A stretch of 64,000 bases of DNA, from positions 64,001-128,000 of the forward strand of contig CAXXVK010000062.1 of the NCBI GenBank assembly GCA_963676915.2. Reading direction: 5' to 3'. The notes under the pieces are model-generated. The model was not told the origin of the DNA, did not search any database, and worked only from the letters and a program-made list of their open reading frames with translations. Source of the DNA: Myxococcota bacterium. GTDB taxonomy: Bacteria > Myxococcota_A > SURF-8 > G963663525. Positions 19,720-30,097 of this stretch are shown here, in pieces. The position numbers and the translations under genes were made by a program. How positions within the stretch are numbered: position 1 is the stretch's first letter; the number at the start of each line of letters is the position of its first letter.

Positions 19720-21204
19720 TCAGGGCTGCATATCGATCAACTTTTCAGGATCGACCAGAATCAGTTCGCCGACCGTCAATTTCAAACGATACAGTGCCAC
19801 ATAACGTATATTCCGTATACGCGCCAGTTCCTGTTGTCGATGCAACAGAGCCGTCCAGCCACGTACAAATGAATCGAAGGAAAGATCTCCTTCGAGAAAG
19901 GCGTTTTTTTTAGCGAAGAAGTTGGCCGTTGCTCGCTCGTATCCGCTTTCGACGAGTTCCAGAGTCTCTTTTGCCCGAACCGCTTCAGCACGAGCTTTGG
20001 CAATATCGACCTGCACGCCATCTTTTTGCGCATCTAGTTCCGCCTGTTGTCGTTCCAATTCCGCGTTGACGGCAGCGAGCTGGTAATACGTAGATCCCCA
20101 CTCCCAGATACTCCAGTCGAGAGCCACCCCTCCATAGTACAGATTATTAGGCAAGAGTTGCCCTTGACCTACACGATATTCATAGCTTCCAAACAAGGAA
20201 AATTTCGGGATGAATTCTCCCAACGCCACGTTTCGTAAGGCACGATGGGCAGAAATACGTTTACGAAGTCCGACAAAATCGGGACGTTGAGCAATACAAC
20301 GCTCGACGAGTTCGTTTTCTTCGGAGGACAATAGATTTTCGTCCGGAAGATCCGGCATGACAGGCACAATATCTTCCAGGCTATTGTCGTCCATTAAAGC
20401 ATGTAACGCCGCTGTGGCTACCTGTTTTTCGTATTCGGCGCGAATCGCGAAACGCTGGTAGCTTTCTTTCAGGTTTTCAAGCTCGAATCGTTCCTGTTCT
20501 GAAAACCATGGAACGGAAGGTGCTTTTTTCTGGAATTTTTCCGTTCTTTCTTCACCAAGCCACGTTTCCAGTTCTTGCAGTGCCCAACGGGAATATTCCT
20601 TGATTTCAGCCGCATAGATCAATCCAAAATACGCGGAAATGACTTTCTCGGCCAGTTCATCCCGTTTCAAGGACGCTTCCAGTTTGCTGGCATCACGTAA
20701 CCTGTTATAGGCTTTGTACTGAAAATAAGTACCAAACAAATCGGTAATGGGCTGTTCGGCCGTAACATTCATTTCCAAAGTGAACTGATTGCGTAACTTG
20801 ATGGAATGATTGAAATTTCCCTCATCATGATAGGTATTTAACGCTGTGACCAGAGTCTGGGGTTGACCCAGTTCCGAGGAGATTTCATCCAACACTGGAT
20901 CAAGCGGTTGAAACGAGCGCGCCGCATTGATCTTCGCGCGTAGAGGACTATCCCAGGCAGTGAGCCGGGATTGAGTGTAAACACGTGGAAAAAGTTTGGC
21001 GAACGTAGAAAGTGCCAGATTTTCTTTGATTTCCGCCTCGTAGCGTTCGACCGTCAACGATCTGTTTTCCGTGTACGTTTTGTGCAGGCATTCGTCCAAT
21101 GACATTTCTCGGGACATTGCCTGAGAAGCAAATAGCCATACCATTGAAATCATTACATAAAATGAAATTAGATTCAATCTGACTTCGAACATCGTCCGTT
21201 TCAT
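19720..21204 (-). CDS. TolC family outer-membrane efflux protein
   Basis: Signal peptide, two OEP-like helical repeats, GVALDWSIWEWG motif. ATG at 21204 has a GAGG RBS. Confidence 0.8.
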   Translation of the reverse strand: MKRTMFEVRLNLISFYVMISMVWLFASQAMSREMSLDECLHKTYTENRSLTVERYEAEIKENLALSTFAKLFPRVYTQSRLTAWDSPLRAKINAARSFQPLDPVLDEISSELGQPQTLVTALNTYHDEGNFNHSIKLRNQFTLEMNVTAEQPITDLFGTYFQYKAYNRLRDASKLEASLKRDELAEKVISAYFGLIYAAEIKEYSRWALQELETWLGEERTEKFQKKAPSVPWFSEQERFELENLKESYQRFAIRAEYEKQVATAALHALMDDNSLEDIVPVMPDLPDENLLSSEENELVERCIAQRPDFVGLRKRISAHRALRNVALGEFIPKFSLFGSYEYRVGQGQLLPNNLYYGGVALDWSIWEWGSTYYQLAAVNAELERQQAELDAQKDGVQVDIAKARAEAVRAKETLELVESGYERATANFFAKKNAFLEGDLSFDSFVRGWTALLHRQQELARIRNIRYVALYRLKLTVGELILVDPEKLIDMQP

Positions 21205-21278
21205 TAGATTCCTCGGCTTTGTGCGTCGAAAATTCCGGTTGTCTGTTGGAACAAAGATTCCAAATAGAGAAGGAGATG

Positions 21279-22964
21279 TCAATCTTCCAGGAAGTAATTG
21301 AAATCTTCCGCTTCTTCTGCGTGGAGAATTTCGTGTACGTGGGCCGGACTTTTGGCCGTGAAAACCTGCTTCTGGATGTTTCGGTCGGCACCGATCGCTC
21401 GGGCCAGTGCGGCTAGTACTTCGAGGTGCCGGTCACGCTGGCTCGGTGGTGTGGCTAGGAGCACCATACAATGGACAGGCTTGCCGTCCGGTGTGGAAAT
21501 TCGTAGCCCTTCCCTGCTGATTCCCATAGTCGCAATGATTTTGTCGCCTTTTTCGAGGATTCCATGGGGAATCGCCAGACCGGAACCGATGCACGTGGAC
21601 ATCTCTTCTTCTCGTTCAAGAATGGACTTTAACAGATGTTCCCGGTTGATTCGGGTATTGTGAGATTGAATCATCAGATCCAGCAATTGGCGGATGGCAT
21701 CTTCTTTGTCTTTAGCTTTCATATCCACGACAATGTTCTCTTCGTGGATAAAATCGATCAGTCGGGCACGGTTTTTTCCGTAATCCCCTGATCGCACCAA
21801 AGAAAAGCGCGTCAGCACCGGACCGATGATTTCGTTGAAAAGCACCGATGTCAGTCCCACGGCGAGAAATAAATCTTTGATCGCAGCGAACTGCGGTTCC
21901 TCGTTAACGAGAATCAACAGACCTACGGCTACACCGGCTTGGGGAATCAATGCCGAGCCAAGGTATTGCCTTACCCGGTCGGTGGTTCCGGCGAGTTTCA
22001 TGGCGAAATAACCTGAGGCGAGCTTTCCACCCATTCGTACAACGACGATCACAAGGGCGATCAATCCTCCCGAAATGGCGTAATCCAGATTCAGTTTCAT
22101 TCCCGCAAGGGTAAAGAAAATCGTAAAAATGGCATTTTCGAGATTGGCGAAGACCTTGTGGCCGATGTTGTCTTTTCCCGGTGAAAGATTCGACAGTGTC
22201 AGCCCCAGGAACATACTGGCTAACATCGTGGAAATATTCATGTAATCGGCCAAACCAGTTACGATGAGAATTGCGGTTAGAGAAGCGGTGGTCAACTTTT
22301 CGGGACGAACGATTTTTCGCGTGCCGATAACGAGAATGATTCCGACGCTACCTCCGAGTAGAATTGAAGCTCCCAGTTGTTTCAAAGGAGATATCAGCAC
22401 CAGCCACTCTGAATGCTGCCCGTTGATATCCAAACCGACTTTCGCCGCCGCATGGGCTATTTCGAAAAGCAGGATGCAGGCAAGGTTGTTCAACGCCACT
22501 GCGCCAACAAGCGTTTTGACGAACACACCTTTCGAACGGGTTTCGGCGATCAGTGCTACGATGGTAGCCGGAGCGGTCGAGACGGCCAACGCTCCCAGCA
22601 TGACGCTCATCGTCCAATCCATCGAAGGAAACAGCAGCATCGCCAGGATGATCAATAGCGGCGTTAGAATTGATTCGAAGGCCAGAAGAATCAGCAACCG
22701 TTTGTAAGCGTTGCGAAGCTTTCGAAAATTCAGATGATTTCCGACGGCTACCGAAACAAGTCCCAAAGCGAAGTTGGTGATGGGTTGCAGGTCATCCACA
22801 TGGCCGTATTGGAACAAGCCCAGGACAGACGGCCCGATCAGAAAACCCGCCACGATCTGCCCCGTAACCGAAGGCATACGAAAGCGTTTCACGATCGAAC
22901 CCAAAAGGGTTCCGGCGATCAGGACAATGGAAACGACCAGGAGTGGATTCGCCGACTCAAGCAT
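21279..22964 (-). CDS. Cation:proton antiporter fused to a PTS EIIA(Ntr/Fru)-like domain
   Basis: About 12 TM helices with STAPAT and PQAGVAVGL motifs; C-terminal REEEMSTCIGSGLAIPHG with the phospho-His. Confidence 0.9.
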   Translation of the reverse strand: MLESANPLLVVSIVLIAGTLLGSIVKRFRMPSVTGQIVAGFLIGPSVLGLFQYGHVDDLQPITNFALGLVSVAVGNHLNFRKLRNAYKRLLILLAFESILTPLLIILAMLLFPSMDWTMSVMLGALAVSTAPATIVALIAETRSKGVFVKTLVGAVALNNLACILLFEIAHAAAKVGLDINGQHSEWLVLISPLKQLGASILLGGSVGIILVIGTRKIVRPEKLTTASLTAILIVTGLADYMNISTMLASMFLGLTLSNLSPGKDNIGHKVFANLENAIFTIFFTLAGMKLNLDYAISGGLIALVIVVVRMGGKLASGYFAMKLAGTTDRVRQYLGSALIPQAGVAVGLLILVNEEPQFAAIKDLFLAVGLTSVLFNEIIGPVLTRFSLVRSGDYGKNRARLIDFIHEENIVVDMKAKDKEDAIRQLLDLMIQSHNTRINREHLLKSILEREEEMSTCIGSGLAIPHGILEKGDKIIATMGISREGLRISTPDGKPVHCMVLLATPPSQRDRHLEVLAALARAIGADRNIQKQVFTAKSPAHVHEILHAEEAEDFNYFLED

Positions 22965-23057
22965 ACACGGTAGACCTTTTTCTTCGAAACATGGGAGACA
23001 TTTCGAGAGTATACCTGAAATTTTACGGTTGTGTTCGAAAAACAGACAGGAAAGGCG

Positions 23058-23600
23058 TCAATCGAGATTCACTCCCTGGGTAACGAAAGAGATCCCCTGT
23101 TGACCGCCAGTGGAAATCACCACGCATTCGATCACGGGTTTCGTAACCTTGCGGTCGCTCATCCACTCCACCACGAAATTGGCTCCCGAACCTCCAACTT
23201 TGTCTCTGGCGCCTACGATATATTCCAAGGTAGACATGGGAGGCAGACGCACGGGAGATTCGAGGTATTCCCTCAATAACTTCCCGGAAGTATTGTAGTA
23301 TTGGACGGACCGAATATAAATGGACTCGTTGATATCCGTGTTGCGAAGACTCAACGTGTTGGTCAGGTAAAAAATATCACCGTCGCGGTGGTAAATATGG
23401 GAATACACTGGAACGTATACCCTGTGACCGTCCACTCTGTTCATTTTTTGAAAGTTTTCCGAGGCTACCGCTTCTGCGCCCGCTCTCTCTAGGGCTGTTG
23501 CATTCGCCGGATGTCGCGAATCGCTTTTCTTGCACCCAAACGATCCCAAAAGAACGATAATCAGTACTGCCAACAAGTAAAAGCGTTGTTTTCCGAGCAT
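23058..23600 (-). CDS. DUF3124 family lipoprotein
   Basis: Lipobox SFG-C; VYVPVYSHIY, LSLRNTD and GGSGANFVVEW motifs. Confidence 0.85.
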   Translation of the reverse strand: MLGKQRFYLLAVLIIVLLGSFGCKKSDSRHPANATALERAGAEAVASENFQKMNRVDGHRVYVPVYSHIYHRDGDIFYLTNTLSLRNTDINESIYIRSVQYYNTSGKLLREYLESPVRLPPMSTLEYIVGARDKVGGSGANFVVEWMSDRKVTKPVIECVVISTGGQQGISFVTQGVNLD

Positions 23601-23683
23601 TGGTTTATTACCTTTGCGCTTTGGTTTCTCGAATGAAATCAAGTTTCCGCTTTCAAACAGCTTTCGTTGGCGTGAAAACCGAT

Positions 23684-25372
23684 TCATTCGCTTTCGTTTT
23701 CTTCCGACTCTTCATCAACAGGTTCCTCGGAAGTTTGTTCCATCAGGAAACGAACGTTCGACAAGGAAATAGGTCCGTGTTTCAAGACGTTTTCGTGGAA
23801 CGTCATGGGATCGAAATCGTCCCCGGCTTTTTTCTTTTCATCTTCGGCCAGTTGAATGAAATCGAGGTATCCAAGAACCGGTCCTAAAGCCTTTGCCGGA
23901 TTCAAGCAGGCAAGCCGTACTTCCTTTTCGGCGTGAGTTTCTTTCAATCCGCATTGATCGACCAGCATTGCGGTGGCTTCCTTGAATGAAAGCGTATGAC
24001 AATGCAGTCCGATATCGATTTTCGCCAGACAGGCTCTCCAATAGCGATGATGAAGTTGCAAGAGGCGGGTTTCCGGTTTAACGAAAAGCCCTTCATTTTT
24101 CATCACTTCTTCGCAATACAGCGCCCAGCCGCCGTTAAAAGATGGATTTTCGGCAAGAAAACGTATCGGTCGTTGTACTTTGGCGTGAAACTCGTTTCTC
24201 AGGTGGTCACCAGGGAAAATATGCCGACTGACAACGAGGTTCAGAGCATCGCGGGGATGGCCGCGCAACAGTTTTTCGGCTTTGGCACGAGCAAGGTTTT
24301 TCGGAACCGTCACCCATACCGTTCCTTTGCGGTTCTCGCTCAGGATATCGAGTTCGCCGTATTGACTGAACGTGATTTCCGGCTCCAGAATCCCGATGCT
24401 GGGCTGCAACAGCGGAGCATCCAAATCCTCCGCCAGAGGGAACATTTTTAGTTTATCGAGAAAGCGACGTACCCTCTTGATTTCATTGGTATACGACGAA
24501 ACCAGGTAGCGAGCGGTGGGGTGATCTTTTTCGATCTTCTCGAAAAGATCCTTCCATTTGGCATCTTTTTTGATCTCTCCGGCAGTCGCCTGCATTTCTT
24601 TTTCGGTGGAAGCAATCAGATCATCGACTGCTTTTTCCGCGACATCATATTTGTTTCCGTATTGTAGTTGCGCATGAAGCAAGGTGTTGTACAGAGTTTT
24701 TCCAACGCAATAAGCTTTGTTGTCATCCGGAAGGGATTCATCTTTCAACCAGGTTTCGAACTCCTGGAGTTGGAAAAACAACGAGGTGGCTTCTTCCATG
24801 AATGTTTCACGAAGCGTGCCCGTGAGACGCTCTCCGAACTCGATAACGTCAAGCCGGAAGAAATCGAGAGCGCCCGAGACAGACTCCAACGTCATATCGA
24901 TAAAAGGCTGAGGTGGTTTATTGACATTGCGCATGGCCTGTCGAAGGAGCGTTGGTGCCTGAACCATTCGACGAAGGGCCGAAATTCCACGTTCTTTGGT
25001 CGTTCCGTAATTGTTGGCAATGATGGAATATACACCAAGCACCACCTGGTCGAGATATACCCCCGGATGGCAGGAATAGAGTTTACACTTCTGCAAATCC
25101 AGCAATTCGACATCGATAGCTGCGATGGACAATTCGTGATCCACCTGGTTGTCCGGTTGCAGGAAACGGCGGTTGATCTTCTTGAGCTTGTTTTTCAGAT
25201 CGATCAGTCGTTTTTCTCGCCGTTGCATGGCTTTGGGAGCGAAATCCGTCAGGTCTTCATCCTGGGCACTGTGCAGCCCCAGCATCGTTGCACGAACCGG
25301 ATTTTGTCGAATGAGAACCTGAAGGAGTTGATCGAGCAGTTTTTCAAATTCGATTTCTCTTGCATTGGTCAT
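23684..25372 (-). CDS. DUF885 family protein (putative metallopeptidase-like)
   Basis: NPVRATMLG, degenerate HExxPGHH (RHIFPGDH), GWALYCE and FHENVLKHG motifs. Confidence 0.75.
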   Translation of the reverse strand: MTNAREIEFEKLLDQLLQVLIRQNPVRATMLGLHSAQDEDLTDFAPKAMQRREKRLIDLKNKLKKINRRFLQPDNQVDHELSIAAIDVELLDLQKCKLYSCHPGVYLDQVVLGVYSIIANNYGTTKERGISALRRMVQAPTLLRQAMRNVNKPPQPFIDMTLESVSGALDFFRLDVIEFGERLTGTLRETFMEEATSLFFQLQEFETWLKDESLPDDNKAYCVGKTLYNTLLHAQLQYGNKYDVAEKAVDDLIASTEKEMQATAGEIKKDAKWKDLFEKIEKDHPTARYLVSSYTNEIKRVRRFLDKLKMFPLAEDLDAPLLQPSIGILEPEITFSQYGELDILSENRKGTVWVTVPKNLARAKAEKLLRGHPRDALNLVVSRHIFPGDHLRNEFHAKVQRPIRFLAENPSFNGGWALYCEEVMKNEGLFVKPETRLLQLHHRYWRACLAKIDIGLHCHTLSFKEATAMLVDQCGLKETHAEKEVRLACLNPAKALGPVLGYLDFIQLAEDEKKKAGDDFDPMTFHENVLKHGPISLSNVRFLMEQTSEEPVDEESEENESE

Positions 25373-25687
25373 CGTGAACCTTCTCCTTGCAGATTCTAGA
25401 GCGTTTTTCCATCAAATTCGACCGGGATAGCGGGTAATCCCAATGGAAGTTCATCCGATTTAAACCGTACTTCGGTTTTCCTCCCCAACTATAATTGAAC
25501 CCAGTCGAGCCGTGTCAAGATATCGCACGAAAGAAACGCTAGAAGCAAGACGTATTTCTATCGTTTTTTGCAAATTCCCGTCTTTCATGACATTTTCTCG
25601 TCAGGTGACGGAAAACGGTTGGGCAAACCACCGATTCAAAGTACACTATTTATCAATTGAAACTCGTCCGTACTTTCTCCAGGGAGA

Positions 25688-26518
25688 ATGCCTGTGAGTA
25701 TCTCGAACGAAATTACGCTCGCCAAAGAGGCTATTCAGGAAAAAATGGGAGAAATCCCTTCCATCGCCGTGACATTGGGGTCCGGGTTGGGAGCATTGAC
25801 GGAACACATGGAAGATACCCGCGAACTTCCGTATTCCGACATCCCTGGGTTCGTCCAGTCCTCCGTGGCCGGTCATCTTGGAAGCCTGATTACAGGCCGG
25901 ATCGATGAAACGGAAATCGTATGTCTTTCCGGTAGGATACACCTTTACGAAGGCTATTCTCCCCAGCAAGTTGTTTTTGCCACGCGAGTATTGGGAGCTT
26001 GCGGCGTCAAAACGCTTCTACTGACCAACGCCGCCGGGGGGATCAATCCGTCGTTTCGTGCCGGTGACGTGATGGAGATCGTCGATCATCTCAATTTTTC
26101 CGGGAAGAACCCACTAACCGGACCGAATGACGACACCCTCGGTCCGCGTTTCCCGGATCTTGGTAACATCTACAATGGGAATCTTCGCGAAAAACTGCGT
26201 CAAAGCGCTTCCGATACCGGCTTGCAACTGCGATCGGGTGTATACGCCTGCATGCTCGGTCCGTCGTACGAAACACCGGCAGAAATCCGTATGTTGGCAC
26301 GATTGGGGGCGGATGCCGTCGGGATGAGCACCGTTCCCGAAGCGATTGCCGCTCACCACATGGGAATCGAAGTGGCCGGGTTGTCGTTGATTACCAACCT
26401 GGCCGCCGGAATTTCCTCAACGGCTTTGTCGCACGAAGAAGTTACCCTCGCCGCTCGGGACGCTTCTCGGAAAATGATTGCTCTCGTAACCTCATTCCTT
26501 GGAAAGTTGCACCCGTGA
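25688..26518 (+). CDS. punA: Purine-nucleoside phosphorylase (trimeric PNP family)
   Basis: LGSGLG, GRIHLYEG, TNAAGG, GPSYETPAE and VGMSTVPE motifs. Confidence 0.93.
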   Translation: MPVSISNEITLAKEAIQEKMGEIPSIAVTLGSGLGALTEHMEDTRELPYSDIPGFVQSSVAGHLGSLITGRIDETEIVCLSGRIHLYEGYSPQQVVFATRVLGACGVKTLLLTNAAGGINPSFRAGDVMEIVDHLNFSGKNPLTGPNDDTLGPRFPDLGNIYNGNLREKLRQSASDTGLQLRSGVYACMLGPSYETPAEIRMLARLGADAVGMSTVPEAIAAHHMGIEVAGLSLITNLAAGISSTALSHEEVTLAARDASRKMIALVTSFLGKLHP

Positions 26519-27789
26519 CCGGACCGATGTTTATTGGCGGAAGAACTCCGCAAGTCCTTGATTACGAACAGATTGCCGAGCTGGAAGAAGCCCGGCGTTT
26601 CCTTCATTTTCTCAAACGACCACCACATATTACTTACGGGTTGTTGGGATTGATGGTGGTGTATTTCATCACGACGTTGTTCATGACTCCTTCGATGTTC
26701 GATGCTCTGACACAACCTGAAATGATGACTCCTGCCCTCTTGCGCCTGGGAGCGAAATTTCCTCCACTGATGGAGCAAGGGCAATGGTGGCGAACGATTA
26801 CCGCGTTATTTTTGCACGGTGGTCTGGTGCATCTTCTGCTGAATGGTTTTTCCCTTTACTCCGTGGGAATGATTGCGGAAAACCTGTACGGAAAACCTCG
26901 CTATATTCTGCTTTTTTTTCTAACGGGAGTTTTGAGTATTCTGGCCAGCTACTGGACTTCGGCCAGCATTTCCGTGGGAGCCAGCGGCGCGATTTTCGGA
27001 ATTGTCGGAGCCTTGGCTACCATCGGCCAGATTCGTAAAAAGGTGATTCCCGTTCGCTTTCGAGTGGCTTTCGGACGAAATCTGCTGTTTTTGATCGGAT
27101 TGAACCTCGTGGTGTTGATGGGAGTTCCACGCATCGACCACGCCGCTCACATCGCCGGTTTGCTTGGTGGCGTAGGATTTGCCTTTCTCTTCAAAGACAA
27201 ACTTCTGCCTCCTGTGAAATCGCGCCGCCACATTCTGCGCATTCAGATTTTTTCCGCCACGACAGCCTTGGTCGCAGTCATCGCTTTGTTGTTTGGAGGA
27301 TTGCACGCCGCAGGAAATCAGGCGATGCCATTTCCTGATAATACCGAATACCGGGAGTTGGACGACCTTGGGATTTCCATCGAAGTTCTACCCGGCATGG
27401 AAGAACTTCGCGACACTGCGTTTCCCAACCTCGTCAGTTTCATCGAACCGGGGACGCTTTTTGCCGTCGAAGTCGGCTTGCTGGCACCCCGCTTCGAGGA
27501 TCGACACGAAGCCATGCGCTGGATGCTTGCGACCATGCGTAATCTATATGGAGACAGGTTGCTGAAAATCACGATCGATCCCGTCTCTGACGGCAACCTG
27601 GACGGTCGAAGAGCGTGGGGCTACATTATGGATTATTCCATCAAAGGGCTAGGAGAACGAAAAGAGCAACAGTGGATCGCAACGACAAGCGACAAAACCC
27701 TGTTGTTGACCTGTAGTAGCCCCAACGTTTTGTTTCCTTCAATGGGAACATGGTGCGATTCTATACGACGAAGCGTGACGTATCGGTAA
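26515..27789 (+). CDS. Rhomboid family intramembrane serine protease with soluble C-terminal domain
   Basis: WWR, FLHGGLVHLLLN, GASG catalytic Ser and HAAHIAG motifs. Confidence 0.9.
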   Translation: MTGPMFIGGRTPQVLDYEQIAELEEARRFLHFLKRPPHITYGLLGLMVVYFITTLFMTPSMFDALTQPEMMTPALLRLGAKFPPLMEQGQWWRTITALFLHGGLVHLLLNGFSLYSVGMIAENLYGKPRYILLFFLTGVLSILASYWTSASISVGASGAIFGIVGALATIGQIRKKVIPVRFRVAFGRNLLFLIGLNLVVLMGVPRIDHAAHIAGLLGGVGFAFLFKDKLLPPVKSRRHILRIQIFSATTALVAVIALLFGGLHAAGNQAMPFPDNTEYRELDDLGISIEVLPGMEELRDTAFPNLVSFIEPGTLFAVEVGLLAPRFEDRHEAMRWMLATMRNLYGDRLLKITIDPVSDGNLDGRRAWGYIMDYSIKGLGERKEQQWIATTSDKTLLLTCSSPNVLFPSMGTWCDSIRRSVTYR

Positions 27790-27910
27790 AAGTCCCGAAA
27801 AATCGTCCCTTTTCGCGAACGAATGTGCTACTTTTTTTTGACAGATTTACGCCCGTTCGCCTGTCGGCGTGAGATAATTTTCCTTCGAACCTACGAAAGC
27901 GAACGTTCCA

Positions 27911-28747
27911 ATGCCCCAACCCACCGTCATGGATATTTTGAAAGCGTTGCCGAGAACCAACTGCCGGGAGTGCGGTCAGGCCAGTTGTCTTGCTTTTGCC
28001 GCCATGCTTCAAAAAAGCGAGATTGGTGCGGCGAAATGTCCGTATCTTCCGAAGGGTCAGTTCGATGACATTCAAAAAGAGGAAATTTCTTCCGCTGCCG
28101 AAGAAATGATCGCCCGCCGTGACGAAATCGTGGACGACATGAAAAACAGGATTCGCGCTCTCGATTTCAAGGAAATCGCTCCGAAGCTGGGCGCGGATAT
28201 TTCTGCTGATGGAAATCTCGTGCTTCGTTGTCTGGGACGCAATTTCGAATTGGACTCGCAAGGCGAGTTGCATTCCGAATGTCACGTCAACAACTGGGTC
28301 CATCTGCCGTTGATCAACTACACCGTACGAGGAAAAGGTAAAGATCCGACCGGCAAGTGGGTCAGGTTCGCCCAATTGAAAAACTCCGCCGATTGGATTC
28401 GTTTTTTCGAGCATCGCTGCGAGCGAGGAATGCGAACGTTGGCCGAGAAAACACCGGATCTATTTTTCGATAGTCTGCTCTTGTTTTCCGCACGTCCGGC
28501 GGTTGCAAATTCAGGCGAGGCGTTCGCCCACGCCGATTACGCCGTGGTGCTCGATCCGCTTCCCAAACTTCCCGTGCTGTTGGCTTATTGGAAAGCCGAG
28601 GGAGAGTTCGACTCGACGTTTTCCCTGTTTTTCGACCGTTCTGCTGAGGAAAATCTTGGAGCGGAAGCGATATATATGCTCGTGACCGGTTGGCTGGAAA
28701 TGATGAAGCGCATCATGGCCCGGCACTCGTTCATGGATCGTTCGTAA
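27911..28747 (+). CDS. Fe-S binding protein plus DUF3786 domain
   Basis: LPRTNCRECGQASCLAFA...CP Fe-S motif; PLPKLP..FD C-terminal pattern. Confidence 0.8.
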   Translation: MPQPTVMDILKALPRTNCRECGQASCLAFAAMLQKSEIGAAKCPYLPKGQFDDIQKEEISSAAEEMIARRDEIVDDMKNRIRALDFKEIAPKLGADISADGNLVLRCLGRNFELDSQGELHSECHVNNWVHLPLINYTVRGKGKDPTGKWVRFAQLKNSADWIRFFEHRCERGMRTLAEKTPDLFFDSLLLFSARPAVANSGEAFAHADYAVVLDPLPKLPVLLAYWKAEGEFDSTFSLFFDRSAEENLGAEAIYMLVTGWLEMMKRIMARHSFMDRS

Positions 28748-28785
28748 TCAGGCAACCTATTGGAATTCAAGGATAAAACGCTCCA

Positions 28786-29709
28786 TCAGCGATTGATCAA
28801 GACCTCAAATCCCGCCTTTTCGAAATAGCGACACACGGTTGCCAATTGATCAGGGGATAAATCGCCGAAATCTCGGTATCGGTTCCCTCGACCGGTTTTT
28901 TGCCACTTGGATTTTGCAAGACGATTGTAAGGCATCAAGTGAACCGGAGCGCTGTATTTGGTGTCTTTGAGAAAAGTGACAAAGTTTTCAAGGACATCCG
29001 AATCGGTTTGCACACCGGGAATCACGGGGATTCTGGCCAAAACCTTTTCTTTTTCACCTTGAGCGATCAGAAAGCGAAAATTTTCCAGAATTCTTTCGTT
29101 TCCAACTCCCGTCCAGTGTTTATGACCTTCAAAATCGACCCGTTTGAGATCGAACAGAAACAAGTCCACGAGATCGAGGAGTTTTCCCCGTAGTTTTTCG
29201 GAAAAGATACCGCTGGTTTCCAAGGCCGTATGAATTCCCTCATTCCGGCACGCCTGCAAACATGCGATGAGAAAATCCGCCTGTTGAGTGGCTTCTCCGC
29301 CGGAAAACGTCACGCCGCCCCCGGATGTTTCGTAAAACGGCTTATCCTTGAGCACTTCAAGCACGACATCTTCAACAGACAATCGTTTCCCCACGATTTC
29401 CACGGCTTCGTTGGGGCAGTTTTCAGCACAAGTTCCGCAAACGGTACAAAGGTTCGGATGATGTTGAATCCTGCCGGATTCCAAGGAAATCGCGGAATTC
29501 GGACAGGATTCGATGCATATCCCGCAGGATTGACACCGTTCCTCCAGCCATGTGCGTTCGAGGTTCGGCTTCCAGGATTCAGGGTTGTGGCACCAGGCGC
29601 AGGAGAGAGGGCAGCCTTTGAAAAAAACGGTCGTTCGAATTCCCGGACCGTCGAAGGTCGAGTAATTCTGGATATCGAAGACGATCCCCTGCACCTCGCG
29701 GGAGTCCAT
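28786..29709 (-). CDS. Glycyl-radical enzyme activating enzyme (radical SAM with ferredoxin insert)
   Basis: DGPGIRTTVFFKGCPLSCAWCHNPE, two CxxCxxCxxxCP motifs, GGVTFSGGE. Confidence 0.92.
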   Translation of the reverse strand: MDSREVQGIVFDIQNYSTFDGPGIRTTVFFKGCPLSCAWCHNPESWKPNLERTWLEERCQSCGICIESCPNSAISLESGRIQHHPNLCTVCGTCAENCPNEAVEIVGKRLSVEDVVLEVLKDKPFYETSGGGVTFSGGEATQQADFLIACLQACRNEGIHTALETSGIFSEKLRGKLLDLVDLFLFDLKRVDFEGHKHWTGVGNERILENFRFLIAQGEKEKVLARIPVIPGVQTDSDVLENFVTFLKDTKYSAPVHLMPYNRLAKSKWQKTGRGNRYRDFGDLSPDQLATVCRYFEKAGFEVLINR

Positions 29710-30097
29710 GGAAATTCCTTTGTTTCATCGTGAAAACGCTTGGTGTATATCATAAAAGATCTTGAAAATTCAAGCGTTTCTGAGTTGTAACGCTTTTTAC
29801 CATGGAAAATTCGCATGTCGGATGATTCTTTACCCGAACATCAGAACGACACTACGGAACAGGAAACGGCTCGTTCGATAGAAAGCCATATTTTGTAAAA
29901 TATCCGTCGTCTAACAAGCAATTCTGCCGGGATATCCGAACGACATCCTGGAAGATACCGACGACAGACCAACCCCGTGATTTTTCACAGGGTTTGACAT
30001 CCACCGTCGAATGGGCGAAAGTGAATGATCTGGTTCGGTACTCCGAAGATTTTTTTTCGGACCCCGGTAAGCAGGACACTACAAACGGAGGAATTCC

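Noticed and set aside
25373-25520. Riboswitch upstream of the DUF885 gene
   Set aside because: Only short hairpins are present, the promoter spacing is poor (19 bp), and no aptamer consensus was recognised.
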